DNA from: Leucoraja erinacea
Taxonomy: Eukaryota
Length of the DNA: 64,000 bases
Direction: 5' to 3'
Assembly: GCF_028641065.1 (NCBI RefSeq)
Contig: NC_073394.1
Span: forward strand, 16,554,001-16,618,000
The position numbers were made by a program, and so were the translations under genes. The notes beneath the pieces were generated by a model. The model was given only the letters and a program-made list of their open reading frames with translations, did not search any database and was not told the origin of the DNA. Position 1 is the first letter of the stretch. Every line of letters begins with the position of its first letter. Shown one piece after another: positions 63,977 to 64,000 of the stretch.

Positions 63977-64000
63977 AAACAGATAAAAACAAGCACTCAT

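Noticed and set aside
1-64000. tRNA, rRNA, snoRNA genes or CRISPR arrays
   Set aside because: Only tRNA-derived SINE heads were seen; no cloverleaf, box C/D or H/ACA structure, or spaced repeat array could be supported.

Overview
Vertebrate nuclear DNA from a cartilaginous fish, most likely a skate; this is inferred from HE1/V-SINE-like SINEs, CR1 LINEs, Penelope-derived repeats and a shark-type RAG1. The window holds an intact single-coding-exon RAG1 (minus strand, 1032 aa, DDE triad intact). RAG1 has a candidate non-coding exon 1 and an E-box/RUNX-rich promoter about 4.6 kb upstream. Next come two ELF5-like ETS-domain exons, one with a 1-nt frameshift and no detectable PNT exon. The conserved cluster NDUFS3(-) / KBTBD4(+) / PTPMT1(-) follows, with a CpG-island bidirectional promoter; PTPMT1 is cut by the window edge. 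No RAG2 ORF lies in the 8.8 kb downstream of RAG1, and no TRAF6 lies upstream, where ELF5-like exons and NDUFS3 sit instead of the mammalian neighbours. CpG-rich non-autonomous DNA transposons (Harbinger-like, Tc1/mariner-like) cluster just upstream of the RAG1 promoter. Exon coordinates were derived by hand from splice sites and recalled human orthologues, repeat boundaries are approximate, and no database searches were run.
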